Positions 1 through 10,071 of a stretch of 64,000 bases of DNA are shown one piece after another. This DNA is from Zancudomyces culisetae HAW-14-8 (Eukaryota; Fungi; Kickxellomycota): positions 1,488,001-1,552,000 of the forward strand of contig JBNJNM010000008.1 in the NCBI GenBank assembly GCA_052426225.1, given 5' to 3'. The position numbers and the translations under genes were made by a program. Every line of letters starts with the position of its first letter. The stretch's first letter is position 1. The notes below the pieces were generated by a model. That model did not search any database and was not told the origin of the DNA. It saw only the letters and a program-made list of their open reading frames with translations.

Positions 1-220
1 CTTTCATCACTCTGATCTGGTCCCACACTGTCCATCACTTCTAGTTCCGTAATCATTATCCCTTTACTAGTTTGAAACCACTTATCACGTTGATTTGACT
101 GTCTGTTTCTCTTTTCTCTTCCCCCTTCCCTTTTCTTTATCTGCTCTTCTCACACCACTCTTCCCCCTTTCTTTTTCTGTATCTTCTCATTACTTACCGC
201 TCACCTCTCATCGCTCATCG

Positions 221-273
221 CTCACCTCTCACCTCTCACCTCTCACCTCTCACCTCTCACCTCTCACCTCTCA
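221..273. repeat. Heptamer microsatellite (CTCACCT)n in the left arm
   Basis: Visible tandem ctcacct units; the right-arm copy (about 15147..15220) has three more units. Confidence 0.9.
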
Positions 274-799
274 TGTTCCGCTTCTTCATCTTCTCACCCA
301 GGTTTCTGTCTGTTCCTATTAATTGCTATTATTTATAATATTTTATTCCTCTTCAATCACTCTTCTGAATTAGGAAATCGGCTTGCTTTTTTAAACGGTT
401 CTTTTGGCTATTATTTGCATCAATTCTGTACCATTTTTTAAAACACGTTTAATTTGATTATTTTTCACTTGTTTAACCTTTACTCTACACAACTATCCTT
501 AATGGTATAAATAGATAGTATAGCCAGCAGAAATTCTAATTCTAGCTTTAATTTTAGTTCTAATTCTAATTCTAATTCTAGTTTCAATTCCAAGTCCGGT
601 TCTACTTCTAACATTAATTATATCATCAACTCTAACATCAACTCTAAGTCTACTTTTAGTTTACTATTGATCTTGTATTTGTATTATACTCAACAGTTGA
701 TATATCGCAATCGATACAATCATTAACTACTAAAACCATCATTTTAGTATTCTTAGAAACACACTGCAAATATCATAAAAATATTTTATCTATATCAAA

Positions 800-932
800 T
801 ATACAACTATACAACTAAACTACACAACTAAAAACTACACAACTATACACAACTAAACTATACACAACTAAACTATACAACTAAACTATATACAACTAAA
901 CTATATACAACTAAACTATACAACTATATACT
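800..932. repeat. Degenerate minisatellite (CAACTAAACTATA-like) upstream of the arm ORF
   Basis: Tandem caactaaactata(ca) variants, rearranged relative to the copy at about 14505..14620. Confidence 0.8.
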
Positions 933-1026
933 ACAATACCGGTGTATCCCATAAACCCAATTACTCTAGCATCTAGGTAAATACTCAATCTGATCGATAA
1001 AAAACTTGAATATAGTTTGTACCAAT

Positions 1027-2085
1027 ATGAAAATAATCACAAAAGATAAAAGCGTATCACGGTTAAAAAGGATAGCTAAACGAGGCATTAAAGGTGTTCC
1101 AATACAATTTTTGGATGTTTGGAAAATTGGAAAAGGCGAGGAACCCGAGATATCTTTTCAACAGCATTTACCACATTCACCACACTCACCATACCCACCA
1201 TATCCACCATACTCGTCATACTCGTCATATTTATCACATGTGGCATATTCACAATATCCACCATCTTTGCAGCAGCCTTTAACCTTGTCACAGTCATCAT
1301 ACTCATCACAGTCATCGCATTCGTCACAGCCATCATATCAACCACACTCATCACAGTCATCGCACTCATCACCCCTAACCTCACCGATCACTCTAAACTC
1401 ACCACCCATATCAACCCTAGTCCCGGTCCCGGTTCCGGTCCCAGTCCCAGTTTCATCGACCCCAAACCTCTTTACCACTCCAAACCTCTTTACCACTAAA
1501 AACTCTATTCAACCAATCTACAGCCATGACACTATCAAGCGTCTATGGATGTCCAACAAGTCTTCCCGAATACGACGTTCTTACAAAGTGGTTGAGACAC
1601 AATACAATATGCTGAATAGAGTGAAAAACAAATCCAACATACCTGGAACTGGTACGTTCAAATTTATAGAGGGGAAGCGACGAATAATAGTACCAATAGG
1701 AAATGCAGATATGTGCTTAAATATAGGACAAACTGAAAAACAACTGCGCATGTCAAATACTAAAAATACTACAAATACTACAAATACTACAAATACTACA
1801 AATACTACAAATACTACAAATACTACAAGTACTACAAGCAACACCTGTGAAGGAGCAGCTGATGCTGGTGATGAGAACGATGGTAGTGAATACAATAGCA
1901 TACTGGGTAATACTGAGTATAGGGTTAGATGCAAACAGGCAGGAGGAGATGAAGTGTTACCGCTATATAGATCAGAGTGTATTCAACTTGAAGTGGGGAG
2001 TATTGGCAAACCAGAAAATGTGGCGAGCAGACACGTCAAAGACCAGGATCTGCAAAAATGTAGTATCAAATATCTCTTAATGTGA
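1027..2085 (+). CDS. Orphan protein, copy A (about 352 aa): basic N-terminus, S/P/H/Q-rich and TNT-repeat tracts, basic central core, C-terminal CSIKYLL; possible nuclear regulator
   Basis: Open frame with first ATG at 1027. Length differences versus copy B preserve the frame and most SNPs are synonymous (CAG/CAA, ATA/ATC, ACC/ACT, CTG/CTA, TAT/TAC, CTC/CTT, TTA/CTA). No family confidently recognised. Confidence 0.75.
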   Translation: MKIITKDKSVSRLKRIAKRGIKGVPIQFLDVWKIGKGEEPEISFQQHLPHSPHSPYPPYPPYSSYSSYLSHVAYSQYPPSLQQPLTLSQSSYSSQSSHSSQPSYQPHSSQSSHSSPLTSPITLNSPPISTLVPVPVPVPVPVSSTPNLFTTPNLFTTKNSIQPIYSHDTIKRLWMSNKSSRIRRSYKVVETQYNMLNRVKNKSNIPGTGTFKFIEGKRRIIVPIGNADMCLNIGQTEKQLRMSNTKNTTNTTNTTNTTNTTNTTNTTSTTSNTCEGAADAGDENDGSEYNSILGNTEYRVRCKQAGGDEVLPLYRSECIQLEVGSIGKPENVASRHVKDQDLQKCSIKYLLM

Positions 2086-3482
2086 GTGTTATATTATAGT
2101 TTAGAAACTTTTTAAGCGTGATCCAAATTTCGTTTTTTCGAAATAATTTGCAATTAGGTATATGTAAATCAAAACCAATAGTAAGGCTTCCAAGCTTAAA
2201 AATGTTGGTTAGGAGCCTGTGGTAGTTTTGTCTTACTATTGGTGCTTTTTAGTTTTTTTTCATCTATTCTTTTTGCTTTATTTTCGAGATTATAAGGTTG
2301 TACCATTTCAAACACAAACCCCAAAGAATCCATTCAAAGTTAATTAATTAAAAATTCGTGGTAAAAGGAAGCTACCAATTAAAAAGCGACTTGGTGTTAC
2401 ATAGTATTGCATTAATTTTCTATTTTTAAAGCGCGAAGTAAAGATAGCAGAATAAATTGCTTGTTAGCTGTAACAATAGCGCTGGGTGCTACATATTTGT
2501 AGAGAGTTATTTATATTTATTCCTTTGTGAATCTAATGAGGAAATGTTTATGTCAGATCCATTACAGCTAAATCACCAATTTGGTTAGTTTCACTTTCCC
2601 TTTTGCTCACTTCCTAAAGAAGGCAAATTTTAAACAACGTATATTATGATTCTATAATGCAAATTCCAGAACAGGTGTTGTTTGTAATAATATTTATAAA
2701 TACAGAAAAAAAGGAAATTAGTTGTAGTCTGAAAGGGATGATGGAGCGACTTGAAAAAGTTCCTATCGTGCATCCAATCAATTAGCGCGAGTGTAATTAT
2801 ACTTAAAATAAATGATGAATTTGAGAGTGTGGAATGGTATAAGCAGTTTAAAGTAAAAATTGGCTTTGCTACACAGTATTGCATTTCCAAATTTCTTCAG
2901 AATCACTAAGTTTCAAGTGCATATGTAGGCACCTGAAAAAATAAAGTGTGCTGGGTTCATGATTAAAATAATAATTTTTGAAATAAGGGGGAAAAAAGAA
3001 GCAAGCAAGGCATAGGGTTTATATAAATGGGTGTAGTTTAATTAGAAATATGATAAGGGATAAGAGTTTAAACTCAACTTAGATGTAGCTGAAAGCAAGG
3101 TCGAAATAAAACGTGCATAACCAAATTAATAAGGCAAAAAAGTAAAATAAAATAAAGTGAGCTTACACTACCTGCCTCCTAAGTGTAAGCAGTTTATCAA
3201 TTTTCAAAATTCTTAATCAAAATAAACAAAAAGAAAAGGAGCAAATAGTAAATCAAATAATTTTATCGCCAACACTTGGTTTTTTTGTTTCATTTTCGCA
3301 AATTCCACTTACACAATGCCGAGCTGCAAAAAGAAAGAAATGGAAAGGGATAGAAAAATTGTCAGATTTTTGTACAAGCAAACAAAAAATCAAGTTGCCA
3401 TAAATAAATGAATAAACGGCTCTTTAAGCAAATTAATAGATAGCGTTAATATTTATTAGCAAAAACAATCATACACAATAAA

Positions 3483-4498
3483 ATGATTCCACCAAAGTAT
3501 TCTGATGTCTTGAAGCCAGTCAATGACTTGATTGGAAAGGATTTCCCAACTGGATTTGAAAAGCTCGAAATCAAGACAAAGACTAGCAATGGAGTTGTAA
3601 GGAACATTTAGTTTATTTGTTTACATTTACACTATAAAAAAGGAAAGCGAACAAGTGAATAGGGATATTTCGAGGAGAGAGGAGATGGAGGTGTAGGAGT
3701 ACTTACAGCATTGATAGTACTGTTATCTAACAAGCTTTATGGAAAATATAGAAATTTACAGTAAGTGGTACCAGAAACCAAAGCAATGGAATCATCAACG
3801 GAGAAATCAGCGGCAAATACTTTGATGCCCCAAGAAATGTTACATATACTGAAACATTCAATACAGGAAGCATGTACTCACTGCAGATCGAATCAGAAAA
3901 CAACTTTGCCAAGGGCTTGAAGGTAGAAGTTAAGGGCTCAGCCTCAATTAACTCCACCAAGCATGGTTTGGAATCTTCAGCACAATACAAATGCGATGAT
4001 GTATTCGCAACACTGAACTCAGTGATGGTAGGCAAGGCTCCACACGTCAGCAGCAGCTTGGTGATGCACCGTGGTGGATTCTTGGTTGGTACAGAGATGA
4101 GAATGAATCCAGCAGCCAGACAACTCGAGACTGTAGATGCACTTGTTGGATATACAGCCCCTGACTTCCGTGCAGCTGTACAAACACGTGGAACCTTTTC
4201 ATTTTTGACTGCTGCCTTCCACCAAAATGTAACACCAGGCGTGTTGGAGGTGGCTGCCAGAAGCACCTACGATTTGAAGAACTCAGACAAGAACGTGACT
4301 GCCGAGGTCGCAGCCAAATACAACTTGGACAACACAACATTTGTTAAGGCCAGAATCAACAACAACGGACACATGGGATTGTCATACTCACAATCGTTGC
4401 GTCCAGGTGTTACAGCAGTTGTTGGAGCATTGGTTGATGTCAATGGATTGGGCGAAAACAACCACAAGCTTGGAGCCCATATCACTTTTGAATCATAA
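3483..4498 (+). CDS. POR1: Mitochondrial outer-membrane porin VDAC (286 aa); exons 3483-3596 and 3752-4498
   Basis: Exon 1 MIPPKYSDVLKPVNDLIGKDF...KTKTSNGV, gtaagg donor, ctaac branch, tag acceptor. The spliced protein has KARINNNG, LSYSQSLRPGV and the C-terminal HKLGAHITFES typical of VDAC. Confidence 0.95.
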
Positions 4499-4584
4499 AT
4501 TTTCATATCAGTTTATTTTTTGCTTATTTTTTGTTTTAAAAAAATACAGTTGAAATAAAATACTCTAGGCCATGAATAGCCGAA

Positions 4585-5941
4585 CTAAAAAAGAATACAA
4601 TTTGATGGCGACGACTGTTTTCGTTCGGGTTTTCTTGAAGGGTTGCCAGACCTAAATCCGCCGCTAGAAGAGTTGGCATTCCCGTTCTTCTTTCGCTGGC
4701 TGTTGTGTCGAGCGCCTTCAGAGCTGTCTGATGACTGTGGAACACCATAAAGCCCAGATTTACCAGCATTCATTCCTGGAGGTAGTTCTGGATGTGTTCT
4801 ACTTGGATTCTCTGCTTGTTTTTGAAGCGAGAGTGCATACTGGTAGTCTGAATTTATTTGATGCTGCTTATCAGAGCTATGTTTGTTAAACCACTTTTTT
4901 TGCTCTTCGAAATCGTTGCGGACATAATCATTATCGTTTGTCCGCTTGTTTTTGTCAACACTAGACACTGTGCCTCCCTCTTCGAGCATGGGAATAAAAT
5001 TTGAATCCAAAAACTCTGAATGCAATTGATTGACGTCGCTGAGTGTTTCCCACACTATTCGGCTGTCGCTAGCCAAGCTCACGTCAGTACATAGTAAGTA
5101 TAGCTCGTTGTCTCGGCGCTTGTATAGCGTTGAAAAGTGGTTGTTTCGGAAAAACAGGCTTAGATGGTTTTCTGGAATTGATTCCTGCATGATCTGTAGT
5201 CCATAATCCGTAATTTGCGTTGCATTGCTATTCAAAAACTCTCTTATCAACGTAGCACCTTGCATAATTTCCTGGTGTTCTTCCTCGTTCTGCTTGCCAC
5301 ACTCTCCTTGTACCGAGCTCGTAGTTCTGTCCCCAACAGATTCGCCATAAAATACATAGCTCACTGCACCTTCATACGATGTACCACACTTTTGTGTCAA
5401 TATGTTGAATATCTCGCTCTCAGAAATCGGATTTACTACCCATCCATGTACAAAATCCACCTCAAACGCCTTGAATATCAACTCCGCTTCACTATTGGCC
5501 TCTATCCCTCTTATTGAGTCAAAATGTATATTCACATCCAATCCTCTGCTTAGCTCCGGCAGCCGATGTATTATTTTGTCCATTCGTTCAGTGTCTTGCG
5601 TGATTTCCTTTTCATGTGAGTACAAGTAATCCATCAATAGCCCCACCAGCTCGGTTGTCCTTATTTCCTTAGAGGTGTCTTGCTGTTCATTTTTTAGCTC
5701 TATGTCTCCTCGCAAAACCAGTAGATTTATCATGGCTATCAGTGGACATGGTCCATTTTCTATTTTATTTAGCATTATTCCCTCCCTAATAACTATTTGA
5801 CTGTCCCTTCACTTTCGCTATGGAAATACCAAAACGTAAAACCTTACCATTTTGCGTCACTATCCACACTGGCTTTTCGATTTTGGTCTCCAAATCCCTC
5901 CATAGGATTGCCTTAAGTCTATGACTCGCACTCTCATCCAT
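4585..5941 (-). CDS. MINDY-1/2 family K48 deubiquitinase (DUF544), about 422 aa; exons 5941-5848 and 5759-4585
   Basis: Splicing an 88-nt GT-AG intron restores TQNENGPCPL (catalytic Cys). Also HGWV, FFRNNHFSTL (catalytic His), MIU-like SDYQYALSLQ and C-terminal CaaX CILF. Confidence 0.93.
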
Positions 5942-6566
5942 TCTTTCTGTTGCGGTTCGTCCTTGCTCTTTTTCCCCTCTTTTCTCCCTTTTTTCTGTTG
6001 CTTTTGTCTTTTCCGAATTTTACTTTAAATTTTTTAAGAATTTACAAAAATCAGATACAAGATATCCCAGCCCTCTTCAAATATTCCTTTCTATACTCAA
6101 TTGGCACTGTTATCGCTGTTCTGCTAACAACCCCGCTGCTTTTTATTTTTTTGGACTTTTAAAAAGTGGCTACAGTTTTTAGGTTTATGAAGTCATTATT
6201 ATTTTTTGTTGCAAATCCCAATTAATCTGAACCAATTCCATATTAAACTGAATTTGTCTTAGGTAAAAATAACTTTTATCATTGCATTCTAGGTTCAACA
6301 CCCATTTTGGGTTCTGGTTTTGGGAATATTTTCCCCCTCAAATCACGGAAATGGCAAAATATAAAAGTAGCATTTAAAGCAAGTGTGCTGAATTATTATG
6401 ATGCTTCTGCTAGCTTTCTGCTTCACCAACAGTACATATCTAACCAGTGATATGTTGAACTGATTTATTATCCGCATATTATAACCAAACATCTTTAATG
6501 AGCTAAGTGTATAAATTACGATTAATATTAAAGCTCTGCAAATATCCCTAGCTAATACGATAAAAC

Positions 6567-7481
6567 CTAAAATCCTTCAGGGTACATGAACAGTAGTTTT
6601 TGTACCTGTTCGGGATTACGTAGTGCTGGGGGCTGCATCAGTGAAGCCTTGAACATCCCTGAGGTTCCTGTGAATTGTTCAAGGGTCTGCTGATCAGAAT
6701 ACACCTTCTCTACCAAGGCAGGAAGTAAAGAAACCAGCAGCTTATTTGCATTTTCTGAATTCTTCTTCAAAATAGGAAGAACATCCGTGGTACTGACAGA
6801 TGCCTCCTCATCTCTCCAGCTGTCATAATCAGTGGCCATGCAAACCATCTGGTAAGCAATTTCCGCCTCTCGTGCAAGTTTGGCCTCGGGGACAGCCGTC
6901 ATGTTGATAATATCGCCTCCCCATAGCCGATACATTTTGGATTCAGCACGTGTTGAAAACAGAGGACCCTCAATGGCCACAACTGTGCCGCCTTTGATCA
7001 ATTTTATGTTTTCCAGCGCCGCTTCATGAGCCTTTACCAGTTGTGCTACTGGCTCATGGTAAGGATCACCAAATGTCGCGTGGCCTGTTAAACCATTTCC
7101 AAAGTATGTATCCTTACGAATTCCCTTTGTTCTATCAATAATTTGGTCTGGAATCACAAAATCCATAGGTCTAACCTCTTCCCTAAGCGATCCTACCGCC
7201 GAAAAAGCTATCACAACTCTAACTCCTACGTGCTTTAATGCAGCAATGTTTGCCTGGAAGTTTACTTCGGTTGGTAATCGTTCGTGATTCTCACCATGTC
7301 TTGCCAAAAAGGCTATCTTGTGCCCGCTTTCAGTTTCGCTTATAAACAATGGGCTGCTTGGCTTTCCCCATGGTGTATCAATATCTAGCTTAGTTATGGG
7401 TTTCAAGCCTTTCAGGTTGTAAAAACCTGTGCCACCGATTACACCGATTCTTATATCTTTGAATTCTGGATTGACCGACAT
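6567..7481 (-). CDS. MEU1: S-methyl-5'-thioadenosine phosphorylase (methionine salvage)
   Basis: IGVIGGTG, TPWGKPS, FLARHG, FSAVGSLRE, EGPLFSTRAES, INMT..PEAKLAREAE and TDYDSW motifs. Confidence 0.95.
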   Translation of the reverse strand: MSVNPEFKDIRIGVIGGTGFYNLKGLKPITKLDIDTPWGKPSSPLFISETESGHKIAFLARHGENHERLPTEVNFQANIAALKHVGVRVVIAFSAVGSLREEVRPMDFVIPDQIIDRTKGIRKDTYFGNGLTGHATFGDPYHEPVAQLVKAHEAALENIKLIKGGTVVAIEGPLFSTRAESKMYRLWGGDIINMTAVPEAKLAREAEIAYQMVCMATDYDSWRDEEASVSTTDVLPILKKNSENANKLLVSLLPALVEKVYSDQQTLEQFTGTSGMFKASLMQPPALRNPEQVQKLLFMYPEGF

Positions 7482-8228
7482 CCTTTATATTTCCGCTTTG
7501 TGAGTTAGGTACAAAAAAAAATTAAACGTGGTTGCTAGTGACTTAGTACCGTTTTTTAATAGAAAAATTTTTTTCTTAACAGTCTGATGCACAATTTAGT
7601 TGAATCAAAAGCTCAAAAAATGTGAAATGAAATGAACCGAGTCAGCGGATTTTAATGAATATTAACCGATCCTTCTTCGCTACAACTTGACAACTTGAAT
7701 ATTATGAAATATTGAACTGTGGGCATCTCCATTGTCAAAATGATGTGTACTTGAGAGTTATAAAAATACTTTTTTAATGGGTCATTAATTAAAGCCGCTA
7801 TTAATGTATTGTTTATTGATCCACCAGAATAAAATCATAAATGGTGTACATGAACAATAATACGGATGGTATTACAGTACTCTGGTTTGCATTTTGCTTG
7901 TTCTGTGTTTTTATACCGTTGATCTTTAGTTTATGAACACCCCAACCTATGCAAAAGAGACAATAACGGCTCTCAGAAGATGCCTTACCCCAGACTTTTT
8001 ATTTTTTACTTTTATTGAAAAAGAGTTTCATCATCTATGTGGCACTCAAATAACAACAAATACAAAGGATCAAACTTAAAAGATAAAGCTGGATTCAAGC
8101 ACTTAATTTAGCTTAACTTTACTTGTTCTTTAAAGTAATGGCATCATTAAAAGTACTGATGTAATATATAGGTGATGAAAACCCGAGAGATCGGGAAAAA
8201 GAAAATAGGTGTGAGTATTTTATTGTTA

Positions 8229-9110
8229 CTAACGCGGCATATCATAATTGGTGGATAGAAAGTGGGACTCATCAATTACAGTGAAGATATTTCCATCATC
8301 AATAAGAGAATTTGTGGCAGCTCTGATCTGGTTCGGAGATATCTCTGGTGCTAAATCTCTTTCAATATCCTTAATATCAACACCCTGGAGTTTATCTCGT
8401 ACACTTGCAATGTAATCATAGACTCGCTTAACCACAGAGTCTCCACTTCCTCCAACATGGCTGGATTTAGCGTCATGCCCCAACACACCATGGCCAGCCT
8501 TACCACCGCCCATTCCTTTAGTACTTTCTAGGTGTGTTTGTACAACGCTAAGCAAATGATATGTGATTTCGTTAAAATCATTTATTGGAAGTATAGAAAG
8601 AGCCAAAACGTGTCGTTTGTCGTTAAAAAGTTTAAATTCTCCGATAATTCGAACATATTGGTTTGGTTGTATACCTGCCGCTTCATCAGATTCATTATTT
8701 AGATGATTTGCCCATACTTTCACCTCTATAGAACCTGACCCATCTTCGACGGAGTATGTAGTCATTGTAGCTTGCGAATTGATGTTTCTAACAACGCCAA
8801 TCATATACAAGAATTTGATTTCGTTTCCATCAATAACAAAGGGCTTATCAGGATGCTCGGTATCAATTGCCAAAAGTTGTTTGATTGTGACTGGTCGAAC
8901 TGTTTGTTGAGCTATAGCGTCTTTTTTTGCACTTCCAGCTTCAGAGGTAAAGAATCCGCCAGCACTCGCTGCGCCACTACCACCTCCTGAATTCTGACCT
9001 TGATTGAAGTCATTTTTTAATCCCCCCATGCTGTTGGTGTTGTAGTTGTTGAAACCACCATAGGCATTGTAGTTTTGTTCCCCAAATGATTGTGGCCCTC
9101 TTGAATACAT
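8229..9110 (-). CDS. RFA2: Replication protein A 32-kDa subunit
   Basis: Gly/Asn-rich N-terminus with GGF, RPVTIKQL, OB-fold EDGSGSIEVKVW, DFNEITYHLL, and winged-helix tail DGNIFTVIDESHF. Confidence 0.93.
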   Translation of the reverse strand: MYSRGPQSFGEQNYNAYGGFNNYNTNSMGGLKNDFNQGQNSGGGSGAASAGGFFTSEAGSAKKDAIAQQTVRPVTIKQLLAIDTEHPDKPFVIDGNEIKFLYMIGVVRNINSQATMTTYSVEDGSGSIEVKVWANHLNNESDEAAGIQPNQYVRIIGEFKLFNDKRHVLALSILPINDFNEITYHLLSVVQTHLESTKGMGGGKAGHGVLGHDAKSSHVGGSGDSVVKRVYDYIASVRDKLQGVDIKDIERDLAPEISPNQIRAATNSLIDDGNIFTVIDESHFLSTNYDMPR

Positions 9111-10071
9111 TGTTCCTTAAACCGATGCAAAGATACGCACTGTTTTTTTTACCTGTTTGTGATGTTATATAGATTTTTCGAGGTTTGCTGACAGACAATT
9201 GTGTGTGAATATAGAAAATAGTTTATTCCGTGATAAAATGATACAATCAAGTCCCTTACTTCTAATAAATTATGATTGTCTTATTCTTGTGTATAACCAA
9301 GAAGTCAAGACCAAAACGGCTGTTATGTTTTGGATTTGCTTGAGCAAATTTCTAAAAATATTTTTGTTTGTCCAGAAATGTGGGCTTAATGAATTGTTTT
9401 TCTCGCAGGAGCTACCACAAGTCGAAAAAAACTATGAAAATACTGCCAACTTTGCGATACTTATTGAGTGATTACTGGGTGCTTTTGTTTATTCCAATTG
9501 GATTATGGGTTATTTATTCGCAGAAAAACATAACTTGTTCACCATTGGGCTACAAATATTTATGAAATATCCTCGCTTGAGCATTAATTTCCAAGTTTCC
9601 ACCCTTAACTCAAGTTGGTTTTCGATAAAGCTGTTATAATGACAAAAATTTAAGAGGTTTGATTCACAGCAGAAATAAATGAATAAATAACCAAATCATA
9701 ACAATTCGCTCTGGAAGGACAATTTTGTGTTTACAAGAGTAGATTTCAGCAAATACCATTGTCGTGGTTACAAAATCAAATATTTAATGAAACAAATTAC
9801 AAAGGAGAACCAAACGTTCAATAAATTGATTTGTGCGAAACATGAAAAGTCAACACAGAGCAAAATGATGTTAAAGTTTTTGGATGTGTTGAGCTAAAAC
9901 CAATGTTCAGTTTTTGATATCTTTATTTTTTTTTGGGATTTAGTTGGAGCATACAAATAGCATTTAAACTCGGAAAAGCGCGATTTCGTGAACAAAATAA
10001 AGATAAATATTAGAATTTTAGCGAAAACAAAGGGCGAAGCAAACAACCAGGAAGAACTAAAGAGCAAGGCA

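Larger units (their letters stand above)
1..2072. repeat. Left arm of a long inverted repeat (partner 13355..15441); extends beyond the window start
   Basis: Position 1 (ctttcatcactctgatctgg) is the reverse complement of 15422..15441. Colinear identity continues to gtatcaaata (2072 = 13355), with only scattered SNPs and microsatellite length differences. Confidence 0.97.

Noticed and set aside
95-322. ORFs 95..322 and 15099..15347 (SHLSPLT repeats) and the antisense/alternate-frame ORFs over the arm genes
   Set aside because: Products of stop-free microsatellites, several with non-ATG starts; the synonymous substitution pattern supports only the main frame.
800-932. Repeat arrays as CRISPR or telomeric repeats
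   Set aside because: Tandem units lack unique spacers, are internal and degenerate, and the context is eukaryotic.
2812-2936. ATGATGA...CTGA as a box C/D snoRNA
   Set aside because: No terminal stem or recognisable rRNA guide; such boxes arise by chance in AT-rich DNA. An Rfam or snoscan search would be needed.
9988-10071. Non-ATG starts in the ORF track (9988, 45814, 1006, 58572, 5775, 50291)
   Set aside because: Eukaryotic genes; replaced by the first in-frame ATG or by upstream exons with canonical splice sites.
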